Assembly (NCBI GenBank): GCA_943787405.1
Contig: CALSMH010000003.1
Span: 354,218 to 386,217 of the forward strand
DNA from: an uncultured Nitrosomonadaceae bacterium
GTDB lineage: Bacteria > Pseudomonadota > Gammaproteobacteria > Burkholderiales > Nitrosomonadaceae
Reading direction: 5' to 3'
DNA length: 32,000 nucleotides
The translations under genes were made by a program, and so were the position numbers. Of this stretch, positions 1 through 11,788 are shown in pieces. Below the pieces are notes generated by a model. It searched no databases, had not been told where the DNA came from, and saw only the letters and a program-made list of their open reading frames with translations. The first letter of the stretch is position 1. Each line of letters starts with the position of its first letter.

Positions 1-35
1 TCAGTAATTACAGACATTAACTATTCTGACGATAG

Positions 36-1070
36 TTATCCAGTACTGATCCCTATATTAGCAACTTCCTGTGCTGACTGAATAAAACTGGGATTCTCAT
101 GTAATTTAGCTACTGAGTCAGGATTAGGATATCCGCGCATACGGTTCAAGCGAGCAAGACTAGCTGCCGAGATTTTCCATTTCAATTCTGCTAATAATTT
201 ATCTGCTGCACGAGAATCATTACATACCAACACCATATCGCAGCCTGCATTGAACGCAATTTCAGCGCGTTTTACTATATTTCCAGCAACTACAGCACCC
301 TCCATGCTCAGGTCATCACTAAAAATACAGCCATCAAATTCAAGCTCACTACGTAGAATTTTTTGTAACCATATTGTTGAGAATCCAGCGGGCTGTGAAT
401 CAATTTTAGGATATATAACATGAGCTGGCATAATGCCAGCAAGACCATGTTTAATCATTTCTCGAAACGGAACCAGGTCATCCATTTTGATATCCGCATA
501 ACTACGCTCATCTACTGGCATTTCAATATGAGAGTCTTCTTGTATGTAGCCATGACCAGGGAAATGCTTCCCAATTGCTTCCATACCGCCTAATTTTAGG
601 CCTTTCATCAAACTATGAGCCAACTCCCCTATAGCCTGCGGTTTGCGATGGAATGCACGATTTCCTATTACGCAGCTCTGCTGATAATCTATGTCAAGTA
701 CAGGTGTAAAGCTTAGATCTACACCACAAGCACGTAATTCTGCTGCTAGTACGTGGCCTGTTAGTTGTGCCAAACGATGCGCCCTAATAGGGTGTTCATC
801 CCAAATTTCTCCTAGCTCGCGCATAGCAGGAAGTCGTGTAAAGTCATCTTTAAAACGCTGAACCCTTCCGCCTTCATGGTCTACCGCAACCAGTAAAGAA
901 GGAGTTCTTAGAGCATGGATTTCAGTAGTTAGATCTATTAACTGCTGGAGTGAAGAGTAATTACGTGCGAATAAGATTACACCACCAGTCATAGGGTGTA
1001 GGAGCCTTCTCTTGTCATCTATTGTAAGTTTTGTTCCTGCAATATCACACATGATTGGACCAAGTGACAT
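36..1070 (-). CDS. nagZ: beta-N-acetylhexosaminidase NagZ (GH3, peptidoglycan recycling)
   Basis: ORF 36..1097. The translation carries GH3/NagZ motifs ([18 protein letters not shown]). I placed the start at ATG 1070 ([10 protein letters not shown]...), which overlaps the acpS stop as TAATG. The upstream ATG at 1097 would lie inside acpS. Confidence 0.9.
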   Translation of the reverse strand: MSLGPIMCDIAGTKLTIDDKRRLLHPMTGGVILFARNYSSLQQLIDLTTEIHALRTPSLLVAVDHEGGRVQRFKDDFTRLPAMRELGEIWDEHPIRAHRLAQLTGHVLAAELRACGVDLSFTPVLDIDYQQSCVIGNRAFHRKPQAIGELAHSLMKGLKLGGMEAIGKHFPGHGYIQEDSHIEMPVDERSYADIKMDDLVPFREMIKHGLAGIMPAHVIYPKIDSQPAGFSTIWLQKILRSELEFDGCIFSDDLSMEGAVVAGNIVKRAEIAFNAGCDMVLVCNDSRAADKLLAELKWKISAASLARLNRMRGYPNPDSVAKLHENPSFIQSAQEVANIGISTG

Positions 1071-1447
1071 TATTTTTCCAGAATCACAAAAGCGCAAACC
1101 AAATTTATCTCATCACTCATTGAAAGATGATGACTAGTGATGCCCTCATTCTTAACTAAGACCTCCAACTCAGGATGAAAATCATAATAAGGTTTGCCTA
1201 GGTGGTCATGGGCAACCCCAATATAGTTTAAATTAACAGGGTGACGTAGTCCGGTTCCCATTGCTTTGGAAAACGCCTCTTTAGCCGCAAAATGCTTAGC
1301 TAAAAATATTGCTTGTTCTCCGCTACTCATAAATTCAGGCCACTCGCCATCTGTTAATATTCTCTTGGCAAAACGCTTACCATGTTTGTCTAGCAGACTT
1401 GCAATACGTGAAGGCTCAACCAGATCTGTCCCAATCCCATATATCAT
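1070..1447 (-). CDS. acpS: holo-[acyl-carrier-protein] synthase
   Basis: 125 aa. The N-terminus [11 protein letters not shown] and the overall size are typical of AcpS. Its ATG overlaps the pdxJ stop as ATGA, and the pdxJ-acpS order is conserved. Confidence 0.9.
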   Translation of the reverse strand: MIYGIGTDLVEPSRIASLLDKHGKRFAKRILTDGEWPEFMSSGEQAIFLAKHFAAKEAFSKAMGTGLRHPVNLNYIGVAHDHLGKPYYDFHPELEVLVKNEGITSHHLSMSDEINLVCAFVILEK

Positions 1448-2169
1448 TCTTGGCTTTCCAGAATCAATTTCTTCATTTCTCGTACCGCCTGTTCTGCACC
1501 AACAAATAAAGCCCGAGCAATAATAGAATGTCCAATATTTAACTCAGAAATATTAGGAATTTCAGCAATGGATTGCACATTACTATAATGCAATCCGTGC
1601 CCTGCATTGACCTGCAAACCCTGATCAATTCCGTATGCCACAGCAGATCTAATCTGCTCTAACCTCTCCTGTTGTTCTCCAGCAGTCAACGCATCAGCAT
1701 AGTGCCCTGTATGAATCTCAATTGCTGGAGCCCCTGCCCTAACTGCTGCATCAATCTGTACAAGATCAGTATCAATAAATAGTGAGACCCGAATACCAGC
1801 TTCAGCCAACTTGCTACAGGCACGTTTTACCTGATCAAAATGCTCTACCACATCTAATCCGCCTTCAGTAGTCAGCTCTTCTCTTCGTTCCGGCACTAAG
1901 CAGACATCCTCTGGCTTTATTTTTAAAGCAAAGTCTATCATTTCATTAGTGACCGCACTTTCCAAATTCATTCTGGTCTTAATCTTATTACGTATAGCTT
2001 TTACATCATCGTCTTGGATATGACGCCTATCTTCCCGTAAATGCAACGTAATCGAATCTGCCCCTGCCGTCTCCGCAATTAGCGCCACGTCAAGTGGACA
2101 TGGATAAATCACCCCTCGCACTTGCCGTAAAGTTGCGACATGATCAATATTGACACCTAGCTTAATCAT
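1444..2169 (-). CDS. pdxJ: pyridoxine 5'-phosphate synthase
   Basis: 241 aa. The N-terminus [19 protein letters not shown] and the later NAGHGL are PdxJ signatures. Its ATG overlaps the recO stop as TAATG. Confidence 0.92.
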   Translation of the reverse strand: MIKLGVNIDHVATLRQVRGVIYPCPLDVALIAETAGADSITLHLREDRRHIQDDDVKAIRNKIKTRMNLESAVTNEMIDFALKIKPEDVCLVPERREELTTEGGLDVVEHFDQVKRACSKLAEAGIRVSLFIDTDLVQIDAAVRAGAPAIEIHTGHYADALTAGEQQERLEQIRSAVAYGIDQGLQVNAGHGLHYSNVQSIAEIPNISELNIGHSIIARALFVGAEQAVREMKKLILESQE

Positions 2170-2894
2170 TATGTCTTCATGGCCCCCAATAATTGGCGAC
2201 TGTATAATGGTTTTTCACCAAGGTAATGCCCAAGTACATAGCGCATAAGCACTTTACTTTGCTGTCTGGTAACAATATCAGAGTAATCATTTTTTTCCAT
2301 ATCTAATAAAGTTTTTCCACGTAATCGCGGGCAAGAGATACCATCGTTTTCATTTGCCGCCATCGGCCCCCGTTCTACCTCATAGTAATACTCCTCATCT
2401 GAATTCAATAGTTTACCTGATACAACATCTTCATTAAATGTCAAAGCATAACCTAGCTCTATCAACATGCGCCTCTCGAATTGGCGCAGGATAGGAGTGT
2501 AGTCTTGCTGCGTATTTAACGCAGATAAAGTATCTTGATAATAATCGAATAATTGCTCATGGGGGTCATCACGATGCAATAGCCTTATTAATAATTCATT
2601 CAAATAAAAACCACAGATTAGGGCCATTCCCTGCAAAGGTTGCTGCCCGCCCTGCCATTCTGCCTTATGAAGTGTTCTTAATTCTGACTTTCCCGCCCAA
2701 GTAAGCTGTAATGGTTGAAATGCTATCAATAGTCCTCTAAGAGCAGATTTAGGGCGCTTTGCTCCTTTTGCAACCAATGGAACCCGTCCTAAATTTCTTG
2801 TAAAGGTCTCCACTAAGAGACTAGTCTCTAGATAGGGATAGGTATGTAGCACAAAAGCAGGTTGTGCATCTTGCCGCATTTTATCAACTGTCAT
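2169..2894 (-). CDS. recO: DNA repair protein RecO
   Basis: 241 aa with a RecO-like N-terminal segment ([38 protein letters not shown]). It occupies the conserved era-recO-pdxJ position. Confidence 0.85.
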   Translation of the reverse strand: MTVDKMRQDAQPAFVLHTYPYLETSLLVETFTRNLGRVPLVAKGAKRPKSALRGLLIAFQPLQLTWAGKSELRTLHKAEWQGGQQPLQGMALICGFYLNELLIRLLHRDDPHEQLFDYYQDTLSALNTQQDYTPILRQFERRMLIELGYALTFNEDVVSGKLLNSDEEYYYEVERGPMAANENDGISCPRLRGKTLLDMEKNDYSDIVTRQQSKVLMRYVLGHYLGEKPLYSRQLLGAMKT

Positions 2895-2940
2895 AGATTT
2901 TGACTCTAAGATTATTTTATATTAATCAAACTTTATAAAT

Positions 2941-3834
2941 TTACTCATAACCCAAAGTCTTTAGTGCTCGCAAATCATCAGCCCATCCACTTTTAATTTT
3001 TACCCACACTTTAAGATATACCTTACCGCCAAAAAGTTTCTCCATATCTATGCGAGCCTGAGTTGCGATTAATTTTAGCTCTTCACCATTTTTACCTATA
3101 ATCATGGCCTTTTGGTTTGCTCTATCCACAACAATAGAAGCATGAATTTTTCTTAGGCCACTTTCGTTTGTAAATTGATCTATAGCAACACTAGTAGAAT
3201 ACGGTATTTCATCCCACAACAAACGAAATAATTTCTCACGTATCAATTCAGCCGCAAGAAATCGTTCACTACGATCTGTAGCCTCATCCCTACTAAATAA
3301 TGCCATTCCTTCTGGTAAATAGGGACGAATTGCCTCTATTAATTCTTGGGTCTGTGTTCCACGTTCAGCACTTACAGGAATCATTGATGAGAAAGAAAAT
3401 ATTTTAGAAAGTTTCTCAAGGAATGGAAGAAGCTTTGATTTGTCTGATATACGATCTATTTTATTAATAGCAAGAATTACTGGTTTATCGACAGGTAAGA
3501 GTTTTAAAACGTGTTCATCACGTTCATCAAAATATAACGCTTCAATCACAAATATCACTACATCTACACCATTCATACTTTTTGTGACGGTACGATTCAT
3601 TACACTATTTAATTTGTTCATATACTGTTTCTGGAAGCCAGGTGTATCGACAAAAATAAACTGTGAATGCTCATCAGTAAGAACGCCATTAATACGGTGC
3701 CTTGTAGTCTGTGCTTTTTTTGATGTGATGCTTACATTTTGTCCGACCAAACGATTTAGTAATGTTGATTTGCCAACATTTGGTCGCCCAACAATAGCAA
3801 TATATCCGGTATGAAAATCTAGAGCACTCATCAT
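2941..3834 (-). CDS. era: GTPase Era
   Basis: 297 aa. G1 is [13 protein letters not shown]3 is DTPG and G4 is NKID, followed by a C-terminal KH-like region. It lies downstream of rnc, as in the classic rnc-era-recO operon. Confidence 0.93.
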   Translation of the reverse strand: MMSALDFHTGYIAIVGRPNVGKSTLLNRLVGQNVSITSKKAQTTRHRINGVLTDEHSQFIFVDTPGFQKQYMNKLNSVMNRTVTKSMNGVDVVIFVIEALYFDERDEHVLKLLPVDKPVILAINKIDRISDKSKLLPFLEKLSKIFSFSSMIPVSAERGTQTQELIEAIRPYLPEGMALFSRDEATDRSERFLAAELIREKLFRLLWDEIPYSTSVAIDQFTNESGLRKIHASIVVDRANQKAMIIGKNGEELKLIATQARIDMEKLFGGKVYLKVWVKIKSGWADDLRALKTLGYE

Positions 3835-3908
3835 TTCAAAATATATTAAACTAAGACTAAACCGTCTACATCCAGAATATAAAAATAAATATGTTTCATC
3901 TCTAGCCT

Positions 3909-4583
3909 CTAATTATGCAGGTGTATTTGTTCATATGCTTCTTTTGCTGCTTCCTGCTCTGCACTACGTCGATTCGAGCCTTCACCAATGGCACTAATGC
4001 TAAGTTTAGGGATAGCGCACTCCACACGAAACTGTTGCTGATGAGCTTCTCCGCTGGTAACAATAATGGAGTATTTTGGTAGCATCAGTTTATGGCCTTG
4101 TAAATATTCCTGTAAAATAGTTTTTGGATCTTTACCTGAATCTTGTGTATCAAATTTGGGAAGTAGCGGGGTAAATAGAGTAATGACAACTTCCTCAGCT
4201 CTTGCAAAACCTCCATCAAGATAGACCGCACCCAAAATAGCTTCTAGCGCATCTGCAAGAATTGAGGGACGATTACATCCGCCACTTTTAAGCTCTCCCT
4301 CACCAAGTCTAATTTGATTCCCTAGATCTAGTGTTTTCGCTAATTCAAATAATGCTTTCTGATTAACAAGATTAGCCCGAAGCCTAGTTAGGTTGCCTTC
4401 TGGAAGACTTGGGAAGTGTCTGAATACCAACCCTGCAACTGCACAGTTAAGAATACTATCACCAAGAAATTCAAAACGTTCGTTATGAGGGTGGCTATGA
4501 CTGCGATGAGTCAGCGCCTGATATAAAAGATCAGGATTACTGAAGCTATAACCGATTCTTCGATAAAGTACGTTACTATCCAT
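3909..4583 (-). CDS. rnc: ribonuclease III
   Basis: 224 aa. It has the RNase III signature [12 protein letters not shown] and a C-terminal dsRNA-binding-like segment. Confidence 0.93.
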   Translation of the reverse strand: MDSNVLYRRIGYSFSNPDLLYQALTHRSHSHPHNERFEFLGDSILNCAVAGLVFRHFPSLPEGNLTRLRANLVNQKALFELAKTLDLGNQIRLGEGELKSGGCNRPSILADALEAILGAVYLDGGFARAEEVVITLFTPLLPKFDTQDSGKDPKTILQEYLQGHKLMLPKYSIIVTSGEAHQQQFRVECAIPKLSISAIGEGSNRRSAEQEAAKEAYEQIHLHN

Positions 4584-4626
4584 CTCTTGATAAGCTTGTA
4601 TATAAGCTATATTTAATTGTTACTAT

Positions 4627-4998
4627 TTACTTTCCGCTACTCTCGTTAAAATCGATATACAAAGAAATATTTGCGAATAACGGTGTCTTAACTGAATAAG
4701 CGACACCCAGTACTATTTTTCCTTCTTCGTTATCAATTTCCAGATCATTTCCATTAACAGAGCTGATATCATCTATCTCAGCACGTTCATTAAAAAATTT
4801 CCTCATTTCCCATTTTTCTCTATTCTGTAAAATAGAGTCATTGGCCATAGTGGATAAGGTTTTTTTTATAGCCTTGTTTTCTTTGTATACTGGAAGTATT
4901 TTCAGCGCTACCATAAAAATCAAGACTGATACTAAAGCCCAAAATATTAAGGCTAACAGACCCATACCCCTTTGTCTGTATCCTATGCTGCGCCACAT
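4627..4998 (-). CDS. small membrane-anchored protein, DUF4845-like, function unknown
   Basis: 123 aa with one N-terminal hydrophobic helix (LLALIFWALVSVLIFMVALKILPVY) and then a soluble domain. From memory, proteins of this shape sit between lepB and rnc in betaproteobacteria. The start could instead be the internal Met (MGLLAL...). Confidence 0.6.
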   Translation of the reverse strand: MWRSIGYRQRGMGLLALIFWALVSVLIFMVALKILPVYKENKAIKKTLSTMANDSILQNREKWEMRKFFNERAEIDDISSVNGNDLEIDNEEGKIVLGVAYSVKTPLFANISLYIDFNESSGK

Positions 4999-5030
4999 AA
5001 TACTCCCTAATATTTAAGCATTATTTTTAG

Positions 5031-5834
5031 TTATTTAATTGGTAACCCAACCCGACTTAGATCACTGAAATTCCACCAGACCATAAATGCTTTACCAACT
5101 ATATTACGCTCAGGAACAAACCCCCAGTAACGACTATCACTACTACTATCACGGTTATCTCCCATTGTGAAATAATTTCCAACAGGCACCTTACAGGTAA
5201 ACCCAGAATGATTGTAGTCACAATTCTTATACGACGGGAACTGATGCACGCCTGAAAGCTGTATGCTAGGAGCTACCGGATTAATAATTATAGTGTGATC
5301 ATTCCCATTCATTGATTCTACATAACCTTGGCTATACACATGATTTATACCAGACTCAATATATGTATACTCACCTGTTGATTTCATCTTCACTAGAGAA
5401 CCATTAATGGTCAGTCGCTTATTACGATATGTTATTAAGTCTCCAGGAATTCCTACTATACGTTTAATGTAGTCCATTGATGGATCATCAGGGTAACGAA
5501 ACACCATTACCTCACCACGCTCAGGTTTATTTATATCAAATACTTTTTGATTAATCACTGGTAACCGGACACCATAGGTATATTTATTTACCAGAATAAA
5601 ATCCCCCACGAGCAGGGTTGGAATCATTGAGCCTGATGGAATCTTAAACGGCTCTACCAAGAAAGACCGCAAACAAAATACAATAACGATTACCGGAAAA
5701 AAACTTTTTGGATATTCTACCCACCATGGCTCATTATCTTCTTTTATACGATTATGCCGTAATACAAAATAATCAAGCAGCCAGATCCCTCCGGTAACCG
5801 TCAGCAAAATCAACATGATGAGAGGAAAGTTCAT
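5031..5834 (-). CDS. lepB: signal peptidase I
   Basis: 267 aa. It has the catalytic Ser box SGSMIPTL, the Lys box YIKRIVGIPGD and box E GDNRDSSSDSRYWGFV, plus an N-terminal TM helix. Confidence 0.93.
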   Translation of the reverse strand: MNFPLIMLILLTVTGGIWLLDYFVLRHNRIKEDNEPWWVEYPKSFFPVIVIVFCLRSFLVEPFKIPSGSMIPTLLVGDFILVNKYTYGVRLPVINQKVFDINKPERGEVMVFRYPDDPSMDYIKRIVGIPGDLITYRNKRLTINGSLVKMKSTGEYTYIESGINHVYSQGYVESMNGNDHTIIINPVAPSIQLSGVHQFPSYKNCDYNHSGFTCKVPVGNYFTMGDNRDSSSDSRYWGFVPERNIVGKAFMVWWNFSDLSRVGLPIK

Positions 5835-5922
5835 TCCGCGCCCTATTTAAATAATATTTATTAGCCTACAAAACAAGATGCCACATACATATTAGCGTGG
5901 TTAATCTTGAGATTTTTCTTTT

Positions 5923-7716
5923 CTATTTATCGCCTACTTGCAATATTGCTAGAAATGCTTCTTGTGGAATCTGCACATTACCCACATTTTTCATTCTCTT
6001 CTTCCCAGCCTTCTGCTTCTCTAATAATTTCCTTTTTCGACTAATATCTCCACCATAGCATTTAGCAAGAACATTTTTACGTAACGCCTTGATACTCTCT
6101 CTGGCAATAATGTGCGCACCAATGGCAGCCTGTACTGCAATATCAAACATTTGACGAGGGATAAGACTGCGCATCTTTTGTACCAGCTCTCGCCCACGAT
6201 AATTACTATTCAACCGGTGCACTATTAATGATAAAGCATCTACTTTTTCTCCATTAATAAGTATATCTAGCTTAACTAAATCAGCAGCACGATATTCCTT
6301 AAATTCATAATCCAACGAAGCATATCCACGACTTGTAGATTTCAGCTTATCAAAGAAATCCATAACCACCTCGTTTAGTGGCAATTCAAAGGTAAGCATT
6401 ACCTGCCTTCCCATGTACTGCAAATTTTTCTGTATTCCCCTCTTGCTTATGCACAGAGTAATAATAGCGCCGACATACTCCTGAGGAACAAGAATAGTTG
6501 CATCTATAATTGGCTCCCGTATTTCTTCAATCTTTGCATGCTCTGGCATTCTAGATGGGTTATCAATTTCTATTACTGTACCATCACGCATAACTATCTC
6601 ACAGACTACTGTTGGTGCAGTTGTAATGAGATCTATTTTGTATTCTCGCTCTAATCTCTCCTGCACAATATCGAGATGTAATAATCCGAGAAATCCACAA
6701 CGAAAACCAAAGCCTAAGGCTTGTGATAATTCTGGCTCATACTGCAGTGAAGAGTCATTGAGCTTTAATTTCTCAAGCGCATCCCGTAATGACTCATATT
6801 GATTTGACTCAATCGGATAGAGCCCAGCAAATACTTGCGGCTTAATCTCTTTAAAACCATTTAATGGATCAACAGCTGGACATTTTGCCAAAGTAACAGT
6901 ATCGCCTACCTTTGCAGATTTTAGTTCTTTAATACCAGAAATAATGAAGCCAACTTCTCCTGCACTTAAAGACAGACGACTTTCCGATTTTGGTGTGAAT
7001 ACACCAACTTGTTCACATAAGTGATCAGTTTTGCTCGCCATGAGTAAGATTTTATCTTTCGGTTTGAGAGTTCCATCTACAACTCTTACCAACATAACGA
7101 CTCCAACATAATTATCAAACCAAGAGTCAATAATAAGAGCTTTCAATGGTGCTTTAGGATCCCCTTTCGGCGAAGGAACCCTTCTAATTATTTCTTCTAA
7201 AATGTCCCTTACGCCTTCTCCTGTTTTAGCGCTGACACACAAAGCATCCTTGGCATCAATGCCAATGATATCTTCAATCTCATCGATAACTCTTGCCGGT
7301 TCTGCAGCAGGCAAATCAATCTTATTTAATACAGGTAGTACCTCAATATCCTGCTCAATTGCAGCATAACAGTTCGCTACAGTCTGGGCTTCAACACCTT
7401 GTGATGCGTCAACAATTAATAGCGCCCCTTCGCAAGCAGCAATAGATCGCGACACTTCGTACGAAAAGTCTACATGGCCTGGTGTGTCAATCAGATTTAA
7501 AAGATAAGATTTACCTTCCCTTGAAATATATTCAAGTGCAACCGTTTGCGCTTTTATAGTAATTCCACGCTCACGCTCCAGATCCATCGAATCCAATACC
7601 TGCGCTTCCATTTCACGGTCTGCCAAACCACCACATAGATTAATGATACGGTCCGCCAGAGTAGACTTACCATGGTCAATATGTGCAATGATACAAAAAT
7701 TACGAATTTGCTGCAT
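5923..7716 (-). CDS. lepA: translation elongation factor 4 (LepA)
   Basis: The track ORF runs to 7839. The conserved LepA N-terminus begins at the ATG at 7716 ([23 protein letters not shown]). DTPGHVDF and NKIDLP motifs are present. The 41-codon upstream extension overlaps a terminator hairpin and has no LepA-like sequence. Confidence 0.92.
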   Translation of the reverse strand: MQQIRNFCIIAHIDHGKSTLADRIINLCGGLADREMEAQVLDSMDLERERGITIKAQTVALEYISREGKSYLLNLIDTPGHVDFSYEVSRSIAACEGALLIVDASQGVEAQTVANCYAAIEQDIEVLPVLNKIDLPAAEPARVIDEIEDIIGIDAKDALCVSAKTGEGVRDILEEIIRRVPSPKGDPKAPLKALIIDSWFDNYVGVVMLVRVVDGTLKPKDKILLMASKTDHLCEQVGVFTPKSESRLSLSAGEVGFIISGIKELKSAKVGDTVTLAKCPAVDPLNGFKEIKPQVFAGLYPIESNQYESLRDALEKLKLNDSSLQYEPELSQALGFGFRCGFLGLLHLDIVQERLEREYKIDLITTAPTVVCEIVMRDGTVIEIDNPSRMPEHAKIEEIREPIIDATILVPQEYVGAIITLCISKRGIQKNLQYMGRQVMLTFELPLNEVVMDFFDKLKSTSRGYASLDYEFKEYRAADLVKLDILINGEKVDALSLIVHRLNSNYRGRELVQKMRSLIPRQMFDIAVQAAIGAHIIARESIKALRKNVLAKCYGGDISRKRKLLEKQKAGKKRMKNVGNVQIPQEAFLAILQVGDK

Positions 7717-7771
7717 TCGAGATAGAGGTCCGGTGATCAGAGATAATAATGGCCAAAAATCAGTACCAGAG

Positions 7772-7799
7772 AAATTAAAAAGGGCACATATTGTGCCCT
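7772..7799 (-). terminator. rho-independent terminator downstream of the rpoE operon
   Basis: The minus strand reads AGGGCACA-ATA-TGTGCCCT followed by TTTTAATTT, a perfect 8-bp stem with a 3-nt loop. It lies between the glutaredoxin-like gene stop (7863) and the lepA start (7716). Confidence 0.7.
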
Positions 7800-7862
7800 C
7801 ATAATTCTGGATTGATCCCAGAAGTTTATGACCACTCAACTTTCTTTCAATAAGTGTACATT

Positions 7863-8114
7863 CTAGCGAATTTTAACTAAATAAGCATCTAGAGCTTTAA
7901 GGTCCAGATGAAAATGACAAATTTCCTCATTCTTTCCCATAAGTACAGGAACAAATTCACCATATTTCTCTATTAAATTTGAGCTACTATCCACATCTAC
8001 TAGCTTCAAATAGAAACAAAACTTTGCCTGTAATTTATTTAAATCGAAGATCATCTCTGAACAGAGATGACAATCTTTTCGGACATATAAAATAAGCTCA
8101 GCTGAGTCTCGCAT
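7863..8114 (-). CDS. glutaredoxin-like thioredoxin-fold protein
   Basis: 83 aa with a single CxxC (CHLC) near the N-terminus and a size typical of small glutaredoxin-family proteins. Its ATG overlaps the mucD stop as TAATG. Confidence 0.65.
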   Translation of the reverse strand: MRDSAELILYVRKDCHLCSEMIFDLNKLQAKFCFYLKLVDVDSSSNLIEKYGEFVPVLMGKNEEICHFHLDLKALDAYLVKIR

Positions 8115-9553
8115 TACTTACTATCGTCTCCATTGATCTTCATGGTGATGAAATACGTTGTTTCTCCACGCCTTATCAGTAAAGCAATACTACGTCCTTT
8201 CTTTATTTTTCCAAGAAATTGATTAAATTGCTCAACTGTTACTACATCTTGATTATTGATCCCTAAGATTATATCGTTAGGCCGCATTCCACTTCGACTG
8301 GCAACCCCCTGCTGAATGCCCTCTACTAATAAACCACTATTAATCTCAAGTTCCTTTTTCTCATTATCAGAGAGTTTCCTCAATGAAAGCCCTATGCGAT
8401 TATATATATCAGATCTTTTATTTTTCTTATTTTCAAGATTAGTGTGTTTCTCATCTGATGGAAACTCATCTATTTGCACCATCATTTTTTTTACTGAACC
8501 ATTCCGCCACACATGAACCGATACATTTGACCCTGGCTTTGTAGTGCCGACAATACGTGGCAAATCACTCGATGTTTTTACAACTTTACCATCAAACCTA
8601 GTGATTACATCTTTTGCCTTAAGACCACCCTTATCTGCGGGGCCTCCTTTTTGTACCAAAGTCACCAGTGCCCCCCCTGGTTTATCTAGTCCGAATGATT
8701 CAGCCAATTCTTTGGTTACCTCCTGTATCATCACGCCAAGTCTGCCGCGACTTACTTTCCCAGTAACCTTTAATTGAGTAGAAATATCTGTGGCAACGTC
8801 AATAGGAATTGCAAATGATAGTCCCATATAACCGCCTGTACGGCTGTATATCTGTGAATTAATTCCAACTACCTCGCCTTTCATGTTAAATAGTGGCCCC
8901 CCAGAATTTCCTGGATTTATAGCTACATCAGTTTGAATAAAAGGAACATAATTTTCCTGTGCTAATGATCGACCCTTAGCACTGACAATGCCAGCAGTTA
9001 CACTGCTCTCAAAACCAAATGGCGAGCCAATAGCTACAACCCATTCGCCAACTCTTAATTTGCTCGGATCCCCTTGGGTAACCTTGGGTAAATTCCTTGC
9101 CTCAATCTTTAGAAGAGCAATATCTGTCTTACGATCAACACCAATTATTTCAGCCCGAAACTTTCGTTTATCATTTAGCTTTACAGTAATCTCGTCCGCT
9201 GAACTCACTACATGTGCATTTGTTAATATATATCCATCTGTACTAATGATAAAACCGGAACCCAGTGATTTTGACTCGAATTCTCTGGGCGAACCATAAG
9301 GGGGTTGCTCCCTAGGGGCAGAGTCAGGAGGAGAATGACGACGAAAGAATTCATAAAACGGGCTATCCTCTGGAATATTTGGGATCCCAGGAATCATTTT
9401 GTTTTTGGGCTGGCGAGTTTGCACAGTACTGATGTTTACCACTGCAGCCCCATGCTTATCAACCAGACCAGTAAAATCTGGTAATACTCTAGTCTGTGCA
9501 AAAACAGGGAGTGAGCACCAAAACAATATAATTAAGATAATCTTATGATTCAT
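8114..9553 (-). CDS. mucD: periplasmic Do/DegP-family serine endoprotease (MucD-like)
   Basis: The catalytic triad contexts are TNAHVV, DIALLKI and GNSGGPL, followed by two PDZ-like C-terminal segments. I placed the start at ATG 9553 (MNHKIILIILFWCSLPVFA signal peptide), just after the mucB stop. The track start at 9598 would overlap mucB. Confidence 0.88.
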   Translation of the reverse strand: MNHKIILIILFWCSLPVFAQTRVLPDFTGLVDKHGAAVVNISTVQTRQPKNKMIPGIPNIPEDSPFYEFFRRHSPPDSAPREQPPYGSPREFESKSLGSGFIISTDGYILTNAHVVSSADEITVKLNDKRKFRAEIIGVDRKTDIALLKIEARNLPKVTQGDPSKLRVGEWVVAIGSPFGFESSVTAGIVSAKGRSLAQENYVPFIQTDVAINPGNSGGPLFNMKGEVVGINSQIYSRTGGYMGLSFAIPIDVATDISTQLKVTGKVSRGRLGVMIQEVTKELAESFGLDKPGGALVTLVQKGGPADKGGLKAKDVITRFDGKVVKTSSDLPRIVGTTKPGSNVSVHVWRNGSVKKMMVQIDEFPSDEKHTNLENKKNKRSDIYNRIGLSLRKLSDNEKKELEINSGLLVEGIQQGVASRSGMRPNDIILGINNQDVVTVEQFNQFLGKIKKGRSIALLIRRGETTYFITMKINGDDSK

Positions 9554-9554
9554 T

Positions 9555-10622
9555 CTATTTTGTCCATTTAACTTTGTAAGTTTTAACAGAGTTACCAATC
9601 TGTACCACTGTTACTCGTGGCACCTCACCTATCGTCGTTACCACATTCTTTCCCACCGTTCGGGCATAGATATTAATAGCACCCTGTTGAGGGTAAGATT
9701 CATGGGGACCCAGAGGATCATTTTTTGTGAACGGCCTAATAAATACCGAGACTGCAGCAAGACCATCTGAGAGCGTAATATGCCCCACAGGTGTTGTTTT
9801 TCCAGCAAAAATACGTCTTACCTCGTTAATTTTTGAAAAGCCTGAAGGTAAATTCTTTATTTCCCAACCGAGCTCACCTCTTACCGTTCCAGAAATAACT
9901 GGATTGGTAACATTTACCTCAGTACTTTTTGTAACGTACCCAGGTTTTAATAACTCTTTATCTATCTCACTATCAATCTCTATTTGAGTAAAAACAAACT
10001 GCTCTACTATCCGACTTCGTTCCATTACTGCCGCTTTAAGTAACAAACCTGTGGCAACATCTACCCAAAGCTTTTGGCTATATCGCATCCTATCCTTAGC
10101 TTCCAGCACTATTACCTGACATTCGTAATCGCTAATTCGTTCCCTTCCAACTTTTTTTACAATATAACTGTTATTAAGATTACTCAATGGCTTGGGTAAC
10201 AACGCCGGGAAAAATTTCTGCAAACCTCTTTTTTCGGTCACCAAGGTTTTTCTGTCTGGAAAATAACGTTTAACCTCATTGTTATTACGAATAACCTCAC
10301 GAGGAGGGCCATCCAATACTTCTATTCTCTCAAATTCCCCTTCATTATTTACCATATGTACGACACGAGACGTCTCCATATGACCATCAGATGAATATAC
10401 AAAAATACCGGTATAATTAAGCTTACGTGGTGCGTCAACAATTCTTTGTAACCAAACCTGCGCTTCTTTTGATGCACTTGCATTCACAATACTTTGTAAT
10501 CCACCCACTGTTTCTGTTGATATTCCAGAGGAATCCTCTGCAAATGAAGGTAATACGAAACCAGCGAAGGGTGCAACAAGAAGAATTAGAGCAGAACTTT
10601 TTATTATCTGTTGATAGAGCAT
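9555..10622 (-). CDS. mucB: sigma-E regulatory protein MucB/RseB
   Basis: Periplasmic protein with a signal peptide (ALILLVAPFAGFVLPSFA). It is the third gene after rpoE and rseA, and its size and layout match RseB/MucB. I placed the start at ATG 10622, one nt after the rseA stop. The track start at 10694 lies inside rseA. Confidence 0.8.
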   Translation of the reverse strand: MLYQQIIKSSALILLVAPFAGFVLPSFAEDSSGISTETVGGLQSIVNASASKEAQVWLQRIVDAPRKLNYTGIFVYSSDGHMETSRVVHMVNNEGEFERIEVLDGPPREVIRNNNEVKRYFPDRKTLVTEKRGLQKFFPALLPKPLSNLNNSYIVKKVGRERISDYECQVIVLEAKDRMRYSQKLWVDVATGLLLKAAVMERSRIVEQFVFTQIEIDSEIDKELLKPGYVTKSTEVNVTNPVISGTVRGELGWEIKNLPSGFSKINEVRRIFAGKTTPVGHITLSDGLAAVSVFIRPFTKNDPLGPHESYPQQGAINIYARTVGKNVVTTIGEVPRVTVVQIGNSVKTYKVKWTK

Positions 10623-10623
10623 C

Positions 10624-11157
10624 TTATGGGCGGCGAGCAACTGTCCGCATGTAAGGAGACACTCCACGGATTGCAGTAAACTCTCCGTGTGCAAACATAT
10701 AGTCGTTTATTCTAATTGATGCCGGATCATGCAGAACCAATTTTTCAGTCTTAGCCTCTTCCTTCTTGGCCAGAACAGGATCACTAGTTACAGTAGGTGC
10801 AACAGCCTGAAGAGATGGTTTATCAGTAAGAGGGAGGTCCATTGTCTTCCCGCCCATCCATGTTACTGCAGCCACAGCTGCTACCATTGATGCGGCAATT
10901 GCAAATGCAAAAACCTGGCTCTTTCTTTCTTTAGGAATATCTGGCGCTAGCACACTTGACTCTATGTCCAATTCATTTCTTATGTTTGAAGCAATGTCAG
11001 GTATCGACATTGTTGGCTGACGTAATACGTCTCCAATTAAATGATATGTTGACCACTCATTACGTAGTTCCTCAGATTCTTTAATTTGAGAAATAGTGTC
11101 AGCCACATCTATGCTGTCCAACTCGCCGTCCATCAATGCAGAAATTTTATCTTTCAT
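10624..11157 (-). CDS. rseA: anti-sigma-E factor RseA/MucA
   Basis: 177 aa. It has the RseA-type N-terminus (ISALMDGELD), a central TM helix (VFAFAIAASMVAAVAAVTWM), and sits immediately downstream of rpoE. Confidence 0.82.
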   Translation of the reverse strand: MKDKISALMDGELDSIDVADTISQIKESEELRNEWSTYHLIGDVLRQPTMSIPDIASNIRNELDIESSVLAPDIPKERKSQVFAFAIAASMVAAVAAVTWMGGKTMDLPLTDKPSLQAVAPTVTSDPVLAKKEEAKTEKLVLHDPASIRINDYMFAHGEFTAIRGVSPYMRTVARRP

Positions 11158-11158
11158 A

Positions 11159-11770
11159 CTACCACCTTTTATCTTTACTTATCTCTACAACAGATTGTAA
11201 TTTAACTGAAATTACTTCACGAGCACGAAATATTCTGGACCGTATTGTTCCGGTTGGACAATTCATAACGCTTGCAATCTCTTCATAACTTAAGCCTTCT
11301 ATTTCTCTCAGGGTGATCGCTGTACATAATTCTTCAGGTAACTCATTCAAAGCCTGATTAACTGTTTGAGCAATCTGCTTACTTATTAATTCACTTTCAG
11401 GAGTACTTAGCTCACGTAATTGACCGCCTTCCTCAAAATTTTCTGCATCCTCAACATCAAAATTGTTAGAGGTATTAGATGCCCGCCGCTTCTGAGCAAC
11501 TAAAAAATTTTTAGCTGCATTAATACCAATTCGATATAACCAAGTATAAAAGGCACTATCGCCACGAAAAGATGATAAAGATTTATATGCCTTTATAAAA
11601 GTTTCCTGTGCAATGTCCTCAACTTCAGCTGAATCACGAATAAATTGTGATAATAATCTAACCAGCCTCCTCTGATATTTGATTACCAATAGATCGAACG
11701 CCTGCTTATCTCCACCTTGAGCACGTTCCACCAACTGTTGATCAATTTCTCGGTCACCCATATGCCGCAT
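11159..11770 (-). CDS. rpoE: ECF RNA polymerase sigma factor sigma-E (sigma-24)
   Basis: 203 aa. ECF region 2 (FDLLVIKYQRRL..., FRGDSAFYTWLYRI) and region 4 (LSYEEIASVMNCPTGTIRSRIFRAR) are present. The start is either ATG 11770 or the in-frame ATG 11761. Confidence 0.92.
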   Translation of the reverse strand: MRHMGDREIDQQLVERAQGGDKQAFDLLVIKYQRRLVRLLSQFIRDSAEVEDIAQETFIKAYKSLSSFRGDSAFYTWLYRIGINAAKNFLVAQKRRASNTSNNFDVEDAENFEEGGQLRELSTPESELISKQIAQTVNQALNELPEELCTAITLREIEGLSYEEIASVMNCPTGTIRSRIFRAREVISVKLQSVVEISKDKRW

Positions 11771-11788
11771 ATTCCCTGAATTTAATAA

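Noticed and set aside
7717-7839. A 41-codon N-terminal extension of lepA appears in the track (start at 7839).
   Set aside because: The conserved LepA N-terminus starts at Met42 (MQQIRNF...). The extension runs through the terminator hairpin at 7772..7799 and has no homology-like content.
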